A stretch of 40,229 nt of DNA, taken from Pseudobdellovibrionaceae bacterium (GTDB lineage Bacteria; Bdellovibrionota; Bdellovibrionia; Bdellovibrionales; UBA1609). Below are positions 1-8,462 of this stretch, piece by piece. The notes beneath the pieces were generated by a model, which saw nothing but the letters and a program-made list of their open reading frames with translations, searched no databases and was not told where the DNA came from. The stretch is from assembly GCA_030591685.1 (NCBI GenBank), contig JAUVAX010000004.1:1-40229 (forward strand), in the 5' to 3' direction. Both the position numbers and the translations under genes were made by a program. The stretch's first letter is position 1; each line of letters starts with the position of its first letter.

Positions 1-1100
1 AAAACGCCATCTGACTGAGGTATTAAGCCCTGTAGCTTATCAATGAATGAAACTTCTGAGTTTGAATACTCCCCTAAGGAATCACTCAGTAATCGAGCAC
101 ACTGATGATCAATGGCCTTTACCTGAGTTAAACTCTCATGGGTCAAGCTCTCTAAAGGCAACTCATTTATATGAGAAATAGCTGTAGGCGGCTCATTTAT
201 AAAACTTAAACCTGTGAACTGAGTGTCACTAAAGTTCAATACGGGTAATTTTGAGGTTTCTAAGTCTCTCCAAAACCTCACCGTAGGCACCCCGCCAATT
301 CTTATGACTCCATCAATTAAGTTTTTATTTTGCAACGCCTTTAATGAAACCTCGCCACCTTTTAACGAAAACTCTTTTAACGAATACACATTCGAATGAG
401 CCTCAACATATACAGGGATTTGAATTTGATTTAATGTGCCCTTTATTTTTTCAGCCTGGCGTTCACTTAGTGAAGATAAAATCACAATGGGTTTTTTAAC
501 CCTGTTTTTAAACCGTTCAAAGGTTTCTCTTACCTCAGCTGTGGACTCAACAAAGTCTAAATGTGCGGCCTTCCATTCGATGACAGGTTTTGAAAAGTTT
601 ATTTTCGCAACCTCTCCCTCAAGCAAAGGCTCAGAAAAGCATACATTCACATGAAGTGGGCTTTTAAGATTTTTTATCAAATCTAGTCCGGCCAAGCCCT
701 CATTAATATCAATATCTAAACAAGAGGCAAAGTGTGAAAACATACCCACTTGATTTGTACTTTGCGGGGCCCCGCTGCCCCTAAAATTTTTGGGGCGATC
801 GGCCGTTAGAACGATCAATGGATGCTCGCTATGGAAAGCCTCCATTACGGGCGGGAGCAGGTTTCCCCCTGCTGTCCCTGAGGTCGTTACAACACAAACC
901 GGACGACCCTGTTTTTTTATTCTCCCTAGAGCAAAAAAACCTGCCGAACCCTCTTCGAAAAAAGAATAACAACGAACTCCTTTGCTTTCAGATAGTGCTT
1001 TAATCAAGGGTGCGTTTCTAGCGCCAGCACAAAGCACGAACTCTTTAACGCCTAGGCGAACTAAGTTTTTTATGATCTCTAGGCTGAAATTTAAATTCAT
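1..1100 (-). CDS. menD: SEPHCHC synthase MenD (3' end runs off the window)
   Basis: Not in the ORF track because there is no stop in the window. Manual translation from ATG at 1100: MNLNFSLEIIKNLVRLGVKEFVLCAGARNAPL...FEEGSAGFFALG...VVTTSGTAGGNLLP...LTADRP...GSGAPQSTNQVGMF...PLHVNVCFSEPL. These are MenD motifs. ATGA overlap with the menF stop. Confidence 0.93.
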   Translation of the reverse strand, partial: MNLNFSLEIIKNLVRLGVKEFVLCAGARNAPLIKALSESKGVRCYSFFEEGSAGFFALGRIKKQGRPVCVVTTSGTAGGNLLPPVMEAFHSEHPLIVLTADRPKNFRGSGAPQSTNQVGMFSHFASCLDIDINEGLAGLDLIKNLKSPLHVNVCFSEPLLEGEVAKINFSKPVIEWKAAHLDFVESTAEVRETFERFKNRVKKPIVILSSLSERQAEKIKGTLNQIQIPVYVEAHSNVYSLKEFSLKGGEVSLKALQNKNLIDGVIRIGGVPTVRFWRDLETSKLPVLNFSDTQFTGLSFINEPPTAISHINELPLESLTHESLTQVKAIDHQCARLLSDSLGEYSNSEVSFIDKLQGLIPQSDGV

Positions 1101-2197
1101 AGTCCTAAACTTTTTTTAACAGCATCTCTTTTGTTTTGTAGCTCTTGCCACTCGTCTTCAAGTTGGCTTTGGGGCACAACGCCACTGCCTGAAAATAAGT
1201 ATGTGCTCTTATCAAACCACTGGATATTTCTAATGGCGACCAAGCAAAAATTAAGTTCATTTTTAATTTTAATGCCAAAAGGCGCGCCGAAACGCTTTCT
1301 TAATTTAGAGGACTCTTGGCCCATTAAAACCTTTAAAGCTAATTTTTGGGGCTCACCCCCCAGTGCCGGCGTGGGGTGCATAACACTCACGGCCTGTTCA
1401 AAAGTAATTGGGGATTTAAGGGGCACATGAATATCTGCTTTTAAATGTGTTAAATCTCCGATAACCCACTGTTTAGTTTCGCCTCTCTGCACATCACCAA
1501 ACTGCGAAAAGGTTTTTTGTAATCTGTCGGCGACGACTTCGTGTTCAAAAACCTGCTTTGGGTCATCAAGTAATGACGTTTTGTTAGAGCTCAGCTTTGT
1601 ACCTGCTAAAGCCATTGTGCTCAGCTGAGTAGAATTTAAATTAAATAAAACCTCAGGGGTCACCCCCATAATGCCTGACTGTTCAGACCAAAAACCATAG
1701 GGATATGAGTTTTCATGACTTGAAAGTAACCGGTGGGAGAACCTTCTTATTTGCTCCCCTGTGGGGGTCTCATCAGTTGACTCCCAAGCAAGAGGGACCA
1801 ATTTTTTAAGCTCTCCAGCTTTAAATAGTTCTTTTGTTTGCATAAAATCAGCTGTAAACAAGTTTTTATCAGCTGGGCTCCAACGCCAGTCGGCCACCTT
1901 GAGGCCCGAAAGGCCACCTGAGCCTAAACTCGCTAATTTTGCTATTTCTGAGAACGAACGCGCCTGGGGGTTGGCCTGAGTCTCTAGGATTTTTTGAAAC
2001 TGACCCGTTGTGTACACCGCGTTGTTTTCAAAAGACGCCCAGTTAGATTTATTTTCCTTAAAAAAATCAGGTACATAGAAGCCTATCTCGTCTTCACGCA
2101 TAGATTCTTTAGGCTCCAACAGGCCCCATGAGACCAACCATTGGTCCTCAGAAAACCTTACAAAAGCCCCTGATTTTACAAACTCATCACAATTCAT
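1097..2197 (-). CDS. menF: Isochorismate synthase (chorismate-binding enzyme)
   Basis: Motifs TPEVL, TMALAGT, K..FEHEVV, HPTPALGG, VAIRN, SGSGVV..S..EDEWQEL..K. Coupled to menD. Start placed at the ATG of MNCDEF (2197); the ORF track extends to 2254. Confidence 0.85.
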   Translation of the reverse strand: MNCDEFVKSGAFVRFSEDQWLVSWGLLEPKESMREDEIGFYVPDFFKENKSNWASFENNAVYTTGQFQKILETQANPQARSFSEIAKLASLGSGGLSGLKVADWRWSPADKNLFTADFMQTKELFKAGELKKLVPLAWESTDETPTGEQIRRFSHRLLSSHENSYPYGFWSEQSGIMGVTPEVLFNLNSTQLSTMALAGTKLSSNKTSLLDDPKQVFEHEVVADRLQKTFSQFGDVQRGETKQWVIGDLTHLKADIHVPLKSPITFEQAVSVMHPTPALGGEPQKLALKVLMGQESSKLRKRFGAPFGIKIKNELNFCLVAIRNIQWFDKSTYLFSGSGVVPQSQLEDEWQELQNKRDAVKKSLGL

Positions 2198-2312
2198 AGC
2201 TCTCACATATATAAACAGATAATAAAAAACATAAAAACAGTAGAGAATTACCAAACTTTACGTTAATTTCCCACTGATTTGTTTCAGTTCTTGTTTTAAT
2301 TTTGAGGTATCA

Positions 2313-3107
2313 ATGAAGACAACCCCTGTCAAAATTGCCAATATAACTATTGGTGGCCCCGAGTTTACGGTTATTGCCGGGCCCTGCTCTGTGGAGTCTC
2401 AGGAGCAGTTCTCCTCCACAGGCCTTGCGGTTAAAAAAAGTGGTGCCAGCCTTTTAAGGGGCGGGATTTTTAAGCTTCGTACACGGCCTGAGTCCTTTCA
2501 AGGGCTTGGATCCAGTGCTTTTAGCATGGCAAAGGAAATTAAAAGTCAGCTTGGCATGGGCTTTATTAGCGAAGTCACTGACCCCAGGCAAATTGGAGAT
2601 CTTGATGATGTTGTGGATGCCTTTCAGGTGGGCTCTAGAAACATGCACAACTATGAGCTGTTAAAAGAACTCGGCAAAACAGATAAGCCCATTGTTTTAA
2701 AAAGAGGCCTTTCAGGGCTGATTAAAGAGTGGCTCCATGCTGCTGAATATATTTTAAGTCAGGGAAACGAACAAATAGTTCTCTGCGAGCGCGGCATTCG
2801 CACCTTTGAAACCGCCACTAGAAACACCTTTGATCTCAACGCTGTTGCTTACATTAAAGAGAACACCCCCTTTCCGATCATTGCAGACCCCTCTCATGCC
2901 ACTGGTAAATCTAGCTTTGTTACACCACTGTCCTTAGCGGCTGCCGCTGCAGGGGCTGATGGATTAATGATCGAAGTGCACCCAAACCCTGCTGACGCCA
3001 AGTCGGACGGGCCTCAATCTCTTAATTTTAATGAGTTTAATTTATTAATGACTCAACTTGAAAGAGTCTTAGAAAGCCTCGATCGAAAGCTTGGTAAACT
3101 CATATGA
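2313..3107 (+). CDS. aroF: DAHP synthase, type I-beta, catalytic barrel only
   Basis: IAGPCSVE, LLRGGIFKLRT, QVGSRNM, LKRG, LCERGIRTFE, DPSHATG, IEVHP, SDG. 264 aa with no ACT or chorismate mutase extension. Confidence 0.92.
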   Translation: MKTTPVKIANITIGGPEFTVIAGPCSVESQEQFSSTGLAVKKSGASLLRGGIFKLRTRPESFQGLGSSAFSMAKEIKSQLGMGFISEVTDPRQIGDLDDVVDAFQVGSRNMHNYELLKELGKTDKPIVLKRGLSGLIKEWLHAAEYILSQGNEQIVLCERGIRTFETATRNTFDLNAVAYIKENTPFPIIADPSHATGKSSFVTPLSLAAAAAGADGLMIEVHPNPADAKSDGPQSLNFNEFNLLMTQLERVLESLDRKLGKLI

Positions 3108-3844
3108 GCCTCAACACAGAAAATACTTCAAAAAGCCAAAAAAAAGGGCCTAACCCAGAGGACATAAAAAACTTATTTAACTCTATCTCTAAAACCTACG
3201 ATAAAACCAACGATATAATTACAATGGGTTTTGTAAGGCCTTGGAGAAAAAAAATGATCTCTCACTCCGGGGCAAAATCGGGAGATAAGGTTTTAGACTG
3301 CGCCACTGGCACAGGTGACTTAGCCTTTGAATTTAAAAAGGTTGTTGGCCCCACGGGCACTGTTTTAGGCACTGATTTTTGTAAAGGGATGCTTGAAGAA
3401 GGCCCTAAAAAAGCGAAGCTTTTAAACTTAGATGTTCAATTTGAATTTGCCGATGCCACCTGCTTACAGTACGAAGATAACTCATTTGATATTACTTCCA
3501 TCGGATACGGCATTCGAAACGTCAGCGACCCGGTAAAAGCACTGTGCGAAATGGCCCGAGTTACAAAACCGGGTGGCACAGTGATTGTGCTTGAAACCGG
3601 CGACACTAAAAACCCTGTTCTTCAGCCCTTTATAAATATTTACTTTAAGCACATCGTCCCACGATTAGGGGGGTGGACAAGTGGTAATCGCCCCGCTTAT
3701 GAGTATTTAAATAAATCGTCTAACCACTTTCCGAGTAAAAATGATTTTTTAAATCTCATGAATCAGACAGGTCAGCTACAAGGCCTCTCCTGCAAAACAC
3801 TCATGGGCGGTGCTAGTTTTATTTACAAAGGGACGGTCAACTAA
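3104..3844 (+). CDS. menG: Demethylmenaquinone C-methyltransferase (UbiE/MenG)
   Basis: F.SI...YD..ND, VLDCATGTGD SAM motif, YGIRNV, AYEYL..S. ATGA overlap with aroF. Confidence 0.9.
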   Translation: MSLNTENTSKSQKKGPNPEDIKNLFNSISKTYDKTNDIITMGFVRPWRKKMISHSGAKSGDKVLDCATGTGDLAFEFKKVVGPTGTVLGTDFCKGMLEEGPKKAKLLNLDVQFEFADATCLQYEDNSFDITSIGYGIRNVSDPVKALCEMARVTKPGGTVIVLETGDTKNPVLQPFINIYFKHIVPRLGGWTSGNRPAYEYLNKSSNHFPSKNDFLNLMNQTGQLQGLSCKTLMGGASFIYKGTVN

Positions 3845-3849
3845 ACCTG

Positions 3850-3880
3850 CTGAGTTTTAAATACTTAAAAACTCAGTTTT
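3850..3880 (+). terminator. Probable intrinsic terminator of aroF-menG
   Basis: CTGAGTTTT...AAAACTCAG 9-bp inverted repeat followed by TTTT, between convergent genes. Confidence 0.55.
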
Positions 3881-4283
3881 ATAAACCACCGAGTTTTATA
3901 AGTATTTTAACCTTTAATTTTAGCACTTCTAGTCTCTTTACCTTGTCTTCAAAGCTGTCTTCTGAGCCAGTAATGCTTGCCGTCTCTTCATGCACAAGGG
4001 AGAGAATCTCATACTCCATAGACAGTAGTTTTAATTTTTTAGCGGCAAGATCCTGATACTTATCTGCACTAGCGTCCAAGCTTTCCATGCCCTCTGAAGC
4101 ACTCTCTTGAAAGGATCTTAGTTTTTCAGCTAAATATTTCTCTAATTTTTCTGCGGATTCTGAAACAGACGGTGAGCTCTCATTGTTACTCTCATCTAAC
4201 GTTTCTGCAGACACGCTAAGTGTATATGAAAACACTAAGCCAAGAGATAACATTGCATTTATTAAAGTCTTTTTTACTAACAC
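3879..4283 (-). CDS. Small secreted helical hypothetical protein (~134 aa)
   Basis: AAGGAG-6nt-GTG at 4283. Basic N-terminus, hydrophobic stretch and SVSA cleavage-like site; acidic helical body. Confidence 0.7.
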   Translation of the reverse strand: MLVKKTLINAMLSLGLVFSYTLSVSAETLDESNNESSPSVSESAEKLEKYLAEKLRSFQESASEGMESLDASADKYQDLAAKKLKLLSMEYEILSLVHEETASITGSEDSFEDKVKRLEVLKLKVKILIKLGGL

Positions 4284-4521
4284 TTTTTTCTCCTTAAGTT
4301 TTAGATGCGCCCTGAGAAAACTAACGGCGTAACAAAGCACCTTTAGATTTAATAGTAACGTCGATAAATTCAAAAGCACTGTACCATAGAAATAAGGCGG
4401 GAAATGATGATATGAAAAATCGTTAAAAAACGAGCTTTACTGAAAAAAATATAGGCCTCTTTATGCCTTTTAGCTCATATTCAAATCTTTTGTCTTTATG
4501 GGTCTGTAATAAATTTAGAGC

Positions 4522-5565
4522 TCAAGTACCCGTACACCTGCTTAGACGGTCTTTGAGGGTAAAATCAGCGAGAACAAGCCAGGTCATGGCCTCTAAAACA
4601 CTTATAGCTCTTGGTACTATACAGGGGTCATGGCGCCCTTTTTTGGCAACGTCTAAAACACTCGAAGTGGGCTTAAAGCTCACGCGCATTTGTAGGGTCT
4701 CACCGGTGGTGATGCCCCCACGAATGCCCCCGTAATTGCTGGCCTCACCGGAGTGAAACTCCGTGCCCTCAGCTTTGACAGCATCAAACCCTTGGCCCAA
4801 ATCTACACCATTTGTTGCACCAATGCTTAAGTAGGCTTGCGCTAAAACTGCTTTAATTTTATTAAACACTGGCTCACCTAAATTACTCGGCGGGTTTTTA
4901 ATAATTACCTGAGCGAGCCCCCCATAACTTTGCCCCTGAGCCTTTGCTTTTAACAGTAACTCTTCCACCTGCTTTGACTTATCTTTTATGGGGATGCGGA
5001 CAAGAGAGTTATAAATATCAGAAGGGGTCGCTTTATCAACGATACTCTCGACTTCTTTTTGAGATAATTTCAACTCACCCACCTGCGAGCAAAAACTTAA
5101 AACCGATATGTCGGGGTAAAGCTGTTTGACCATCATTTTTGCAACCGACCCAGCCATAACTCTCGAAACGGTCTCACGGCCTGAAGAGCGACCTCCCCCG
5201 CGGTAATCAGTGTGCAGGTATTTGCTCAACCAAACATCATCAGCATGGCCAGGGCGTGGGCTTTTTTTAATTTCATTATAATCTTCAGAGCGTTGGTCTT
5301 TGTTGTTTACAATAATCGCAATGGGTGTACCTAATGTTTTGCCCTCAAACACACCACTTAGTACCTGGGGGCTGTCGGGCTCGTTTCGCCCCGAGACGAC
5401 TTCACTTTGACCCGGTCGCCTTTGGCGTAAGTCCTTTTCAAGAAGGCTTATGTCAAAATTCACCCCACTGGGGCATCCGTCAATGACGGCCCCTAAAGAG
5501 GGGCCGTGGCTCTCACCAAAAGTCATAACACTGAATAAATCACCAAATACGTTGTTCATACTCAT
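4522..5565 (-). CDS. aroC: Chorismate synthase
   Basis: TFGESHG, RRPGQS, GTPI, RPGHAD, GGGRSSGRET, GGIRGGIT, FKPTSS, GRHDPC. Confidence 0.97.
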   Translation of the reverse strand: MSMNNVFGDLFSVMTFGESHGPSLGAVIDGCPSGVNFDISLLEKDLRQRRPGQSEVVSGRNEPDSPQVLSGVFEGKTLGTPIAIIVNNKDQRSEDYNEIKKSPRPGHADDVWLSKYLHTDYRGGGRSSGRETVSRVMAGSVAKMMVKQLYPDISVLSFCSQVGELKLSQKEVESIVDKATPSDIYNSLVRIPIKDKSKQVEELLLKAKAQGQSYGGLAQVIIKNPPSNLGEPVFNKIKAVLAQAYLSIGATNGVDLGQGFDAVKAEGTEFHSGEASNYGGIRGGITTGETLQMRVSFKPTSSVLDVAKKGRHDPCIVPRAISVLEAMTWLVLADFTLKDRLSRCTGT

Positions 5566-5594
5566 TTTTACCGCCTTAGAACACCTGGCGTCAA
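5565..5594 (-). promoter_or_regulatory. Possible sigma70 promoter of aroC (possibly leaderless at the second ATG, 5559)
   Basis: TTGACG-N18-TAAAAA abutting the start codons; no clear SD. Confidence 0.3.
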
Positions 5595-5730
5595 CCTCAG
5601 CCCCAGCAATCTCAACTTAATTTAGCCCTCAGAGCTTTTATTTTTTTAAATTCCCCCCTACATCAACGTTGAAAAACTTCAGGTTTACAAGTAAACATGT
5701 AGCTTAACTAAAAACACACAGGTCTACCCC

Positions 5731-8310
5731 ATGAGCGAATACAACCACACAAAAATTGAGAAAAAATGGCAACAAAAGTGGGAGCAGGACAAACCCTCAA
5801 AAGCCCTCAACCCAGGCGATGAGGGCTTTGATGACACAAAACCAAGCTACTATATTTTAGACATGTTCCCCTACCCCTCAGGGTCGGGCTTACACGTGGG
5901 GCACGCGAGCGGCTATATCGGTACTGACATTATTGCTCGAAAAAAACGAATGGAGGGCTTTAATGTACTGCACCCCATGGGCTGGGATGCTTTTGGTTTA
6001 CCCGCCGAGCAGTACGCTATACAAAAAGGTCAACACCCTCGAAAAACAACAGACCTGAACTCTGATAACTTTAGAAAGCAGCTTAAGCTTTTAGGCCTCT
6101 CCTATGACTGGGACCGTGAAATTGACACCTCAAAACCAGATTATTACAAATGGACTCAGTGGTTATTTTTAAAACTCTACGAAAAAGGCCTTGTTTATAA
6201 AAAAAATGTGCCCGTATGGTGGTGTGACGAATTGCGAACAGTACTGGCCAACGAAGAGGTTATTGATGGCCGCAGCGAACGAGGCAACCACCCCTGCGAA
6301 CGCCGACCCATGACTCAGTGGATTTTAAAAATCACCGCTTATGCTGAAAGACTCTTAGACGATCTTAAACACATTGATTGGCCCTACGGCATTAAAAAAC
6401 AGCAGCAAGACTGGATTGGTAAATCTATAGGCGCTGAGGTTGATTTTACTATTGAGGGCACAAAAGAAAAAATCAGAGTATTCACCACTCGCCCAGACAC
6501 GCTTTTTGGGGTCACAGCCCTTGTGCTTGCACCTGAAAACCCGCTCTCTAAAACCCTACCAACTACACCCCAAGCTCCCGAGTGCGAAGAGTATATTAAA
6601 GCGGCAATGAGTAAGTCTGAGCGGGACCGAAAGGCCGAAACCAAACAAATGACCGGCGCCTTTACCGGGGCCTATGTCACACACCCCTTACTTGATGAAA
6701 CAAGCCCTCACTACAAAATCCCTATTTACATTGCTGACTACGTCATTGCTGACTACGGCACTGGAGCTGTAATGAGTGTGCCGGCTCATGATGAGCGTGA
6801 TTTTTTATTTGCTAAAACTCTAAACCTACCCATTTTACCAGTTATAATACCTCGTGATGGTGAAGAGCCCGACTTAGACTCTTGTTTTACTGACGAAGGA
6901 GTACTTGTAAACTCAGGTAAGTACTCCATGTACCCCACTGAAAAAGCAAGAGTCGACATTACAAGTGAACTGGTTTTAAAAAATAGTGGTAACGCTAAAA
7001 CAACATATAAAATAAGAGACTGGGTTTTTAGTCGTCAAAGGTACTGGGGCGAGCCCTTTCCTTTATACTTAGATAAAAATGACAACATTATACCCGCAAA
7101 CCTCAAGGACTTACCTGTAGAGTTACCCCCTATGGAGGACTTTACACCGAGCGCTGACGGCTCAGCCCCTTTAAACCGAGCTCAAGACTGGATCAACCTT
7201 AAAGACAAACCTGAACTTAAAGATTTAAAAAGAGTCGCCGACACCATGCCTGGTTGGGCCGGGTCTTGTTGGTATTTTTTAAGGTTCATGGACCCACATA
7301 ATACTAAAGGGGCCTTCTCCAACACTGCCGTAAACTACTGGAAGCAAGTGGACCTATACGTGGGCGGCGCCTCCCATGCCGTCATGCATTTACTCTATGC
7401 GCGCTTTTGGCATAAGGTATTTTTTGATTTTGGTTTAGTGCCCGAGCCGGAGCCTTTTAAAAAACTATTTAACCAAGGCATGGTCACAGCCTTTGCGTTT
7501 AGGGATAAAACAAAACGCCTTGTGCCCAGTGATGATGTTGAAAAGTCTGGGCAAAACTATATTCAAAAATCCACCAAAGAGCCTGTGGAGCATTTTGTAA
7601 CTAAAATGGCTAAGTCTTTAAATAACGTTGTTAACCCAGATGATGTGATCAAAGACCACGGCTGCGACACCCTTAGGCTTTACGAAACCTTTATGGGGCC
7701 CCTTGATATTGATAAACCCTGGAGTGATGATGGCATTTCGGGCTGTGTTCGGTTTATAAAAAGATTTTGGCATTTATTTTACGACGACTCAGGGCAGATT
7801 TTAAAAAATCTCTCTAGCCCACCGCCTACTGAGTACAAAGGTGATGAGCTCACCATTGAGCGCGCGTTAAATGTTTGCCTCAAGCGCACCAATGAGTCTT
7901 TTGATGGATTTAATTTTAACACTGCTATTGCGGCCTTTATGGAGATGCTCAATGAGGTCTCTAAGCATAAAGCCTCAATAAACAGCTCACAGGCTCAGAG
8001 GCTTATAAAAGCCCTCTTCCCGTTTGCGCCTCATATAGCCAGTGAACTTTGGGAGTCCACGGGCAACACCACTCAACTTGATTTTGAACCCTGGCCTAAA
8101 CACATAGATAAGTACTTACAAAAAGACACCTATGAGCTTGTGATTTCGATTAACGGTAAGGTCAGAAAAAAACTACCCACTGCGATTAATACCCCTAAAG
8201 ATCAACTTGAGGCTCTCGCCAAAAGTGCACTTGAAGATAAACTTGAAGGAGTCACCATTAGAAAATGCATAGTGGTGCCCAATAAACTCGTTAACTTTGT
8301 GGTCTCTTAA
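5731..8310 (+). CDS. leuS: Leucine--tRNA ligase
   Basis: DMFPYPSGSGLHVGH (HIGH), MGWDAFGLPAEQYA, editing domain FTTRPDT and YGTGAVM.VPAHDERD, SRQRYWGEP, KMAKS, C-terminal VPNKLVNFVV. Confidence 0.98.
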   Translation: MSEYNHTKIEKKWQQKWEQDKPSKALNPGDEGFDDTKPSYYILDMFPYPSGSGLHVGHASGYIGTDIIARKKRMEGFNVLHPMGWDAFGLPAEQYAIQKGQHPRKTTDLNSDNFRKQLKLLGLSYDWDREIDTSKPDYYKWTQWLFLKLYEKGLVYKKNVPVWWCDELRTVLANEEVIDGRSERGNHPCERRPMTQWILKITAYAERLLDDLKHIDWPYGIKKQQQDWIGKSIGAEVDFTIEGTKEKIRVFTTRPDTLFGVTALVLAPENPLSKTLPTTPQAPECEEYIKAAMSKSERDRKAETKQMTGAFTGAYVTHPLLDETSPHYKIPIYIADYVIADYGTGAVMSVPAHDERDFLFAKTLNLPILPVIIPRDGEEPDLDSCFTDEGVLVNSGKYSMYPTEKARVDITSELVLKNSGNAKTTYKIRDWVFSRQRYWGEPFPLYLDKNDNIIPANLKDLPVELPPMEDFTPSADGSAPLNRAQDWINLKDKPELKDLKRVADTMPGWAGSCWYFLRFMDPHNTKGAFSNTAVNYWKQVDLYVGGASHAVMHLLYARFWHKVFFDFGLVPEPEPFKKLFNQGMVTAFAFRDKTKRLVPSDDVEKSGQNYIQKSTKEPVEHFVTKMAKSLNNVVNPDDVIKDHGCDTLRLYETFMGPLDIDKPWSDDGISGCVRFIKRFWHLFYDDSGQILKNLSSPPPTEYKGDELTIERALNVCLKRTNESFDGFNFNTAIAAFMEMLNEVSKHKASINSSQAQRLIKALFPFAPHIASELWESTGNTTQLDFEPWPKHIDKYLQKDTYELVISINGKVRKKLPTAINTPKDQLEALAKSALEDKLEGVTIRKCIVVPNKLVNFVVS

Positions 8311-8406
8311 AATCTGCACTTATTTGTACATGTTTTATGATCTATAAATAAATTAGACACTAAATATGATCTTTTAAAGATTCTCAATTTAGCCTAGACT
8401 TTAGGC

Positions 8407-8434
8407 TATAGTTTTTTTTAAAACCTGTCGAAAC
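8407..8434 (+). promoter_or_regulatory. Possible sigma28 (FliA)-like promoter
   Basis: TATAG-N15-GTCGAAAC, same register as the stronger match at 15204-15231. Preceded by inverted repeat TAGCCTA-N5-TAGGCTA (8390-8408). Confidence 0.4.
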
Positions 8435-8462
8435 CCCCTTATACAAAGCATTTGGGGGTTTT

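Noticed and set aside
940..960. MenD EEGSAG instead of D/EERSA
   Set aside because: The catalytic Glu is retained; a single substitution is too weak to infer altered function.
436..1003. ORFs 436..654 and 818..1003 (+), and a GC-rich stretch resembling a structured RNA
   Set aside because: All lie antisense within menD, which explains the sequence.
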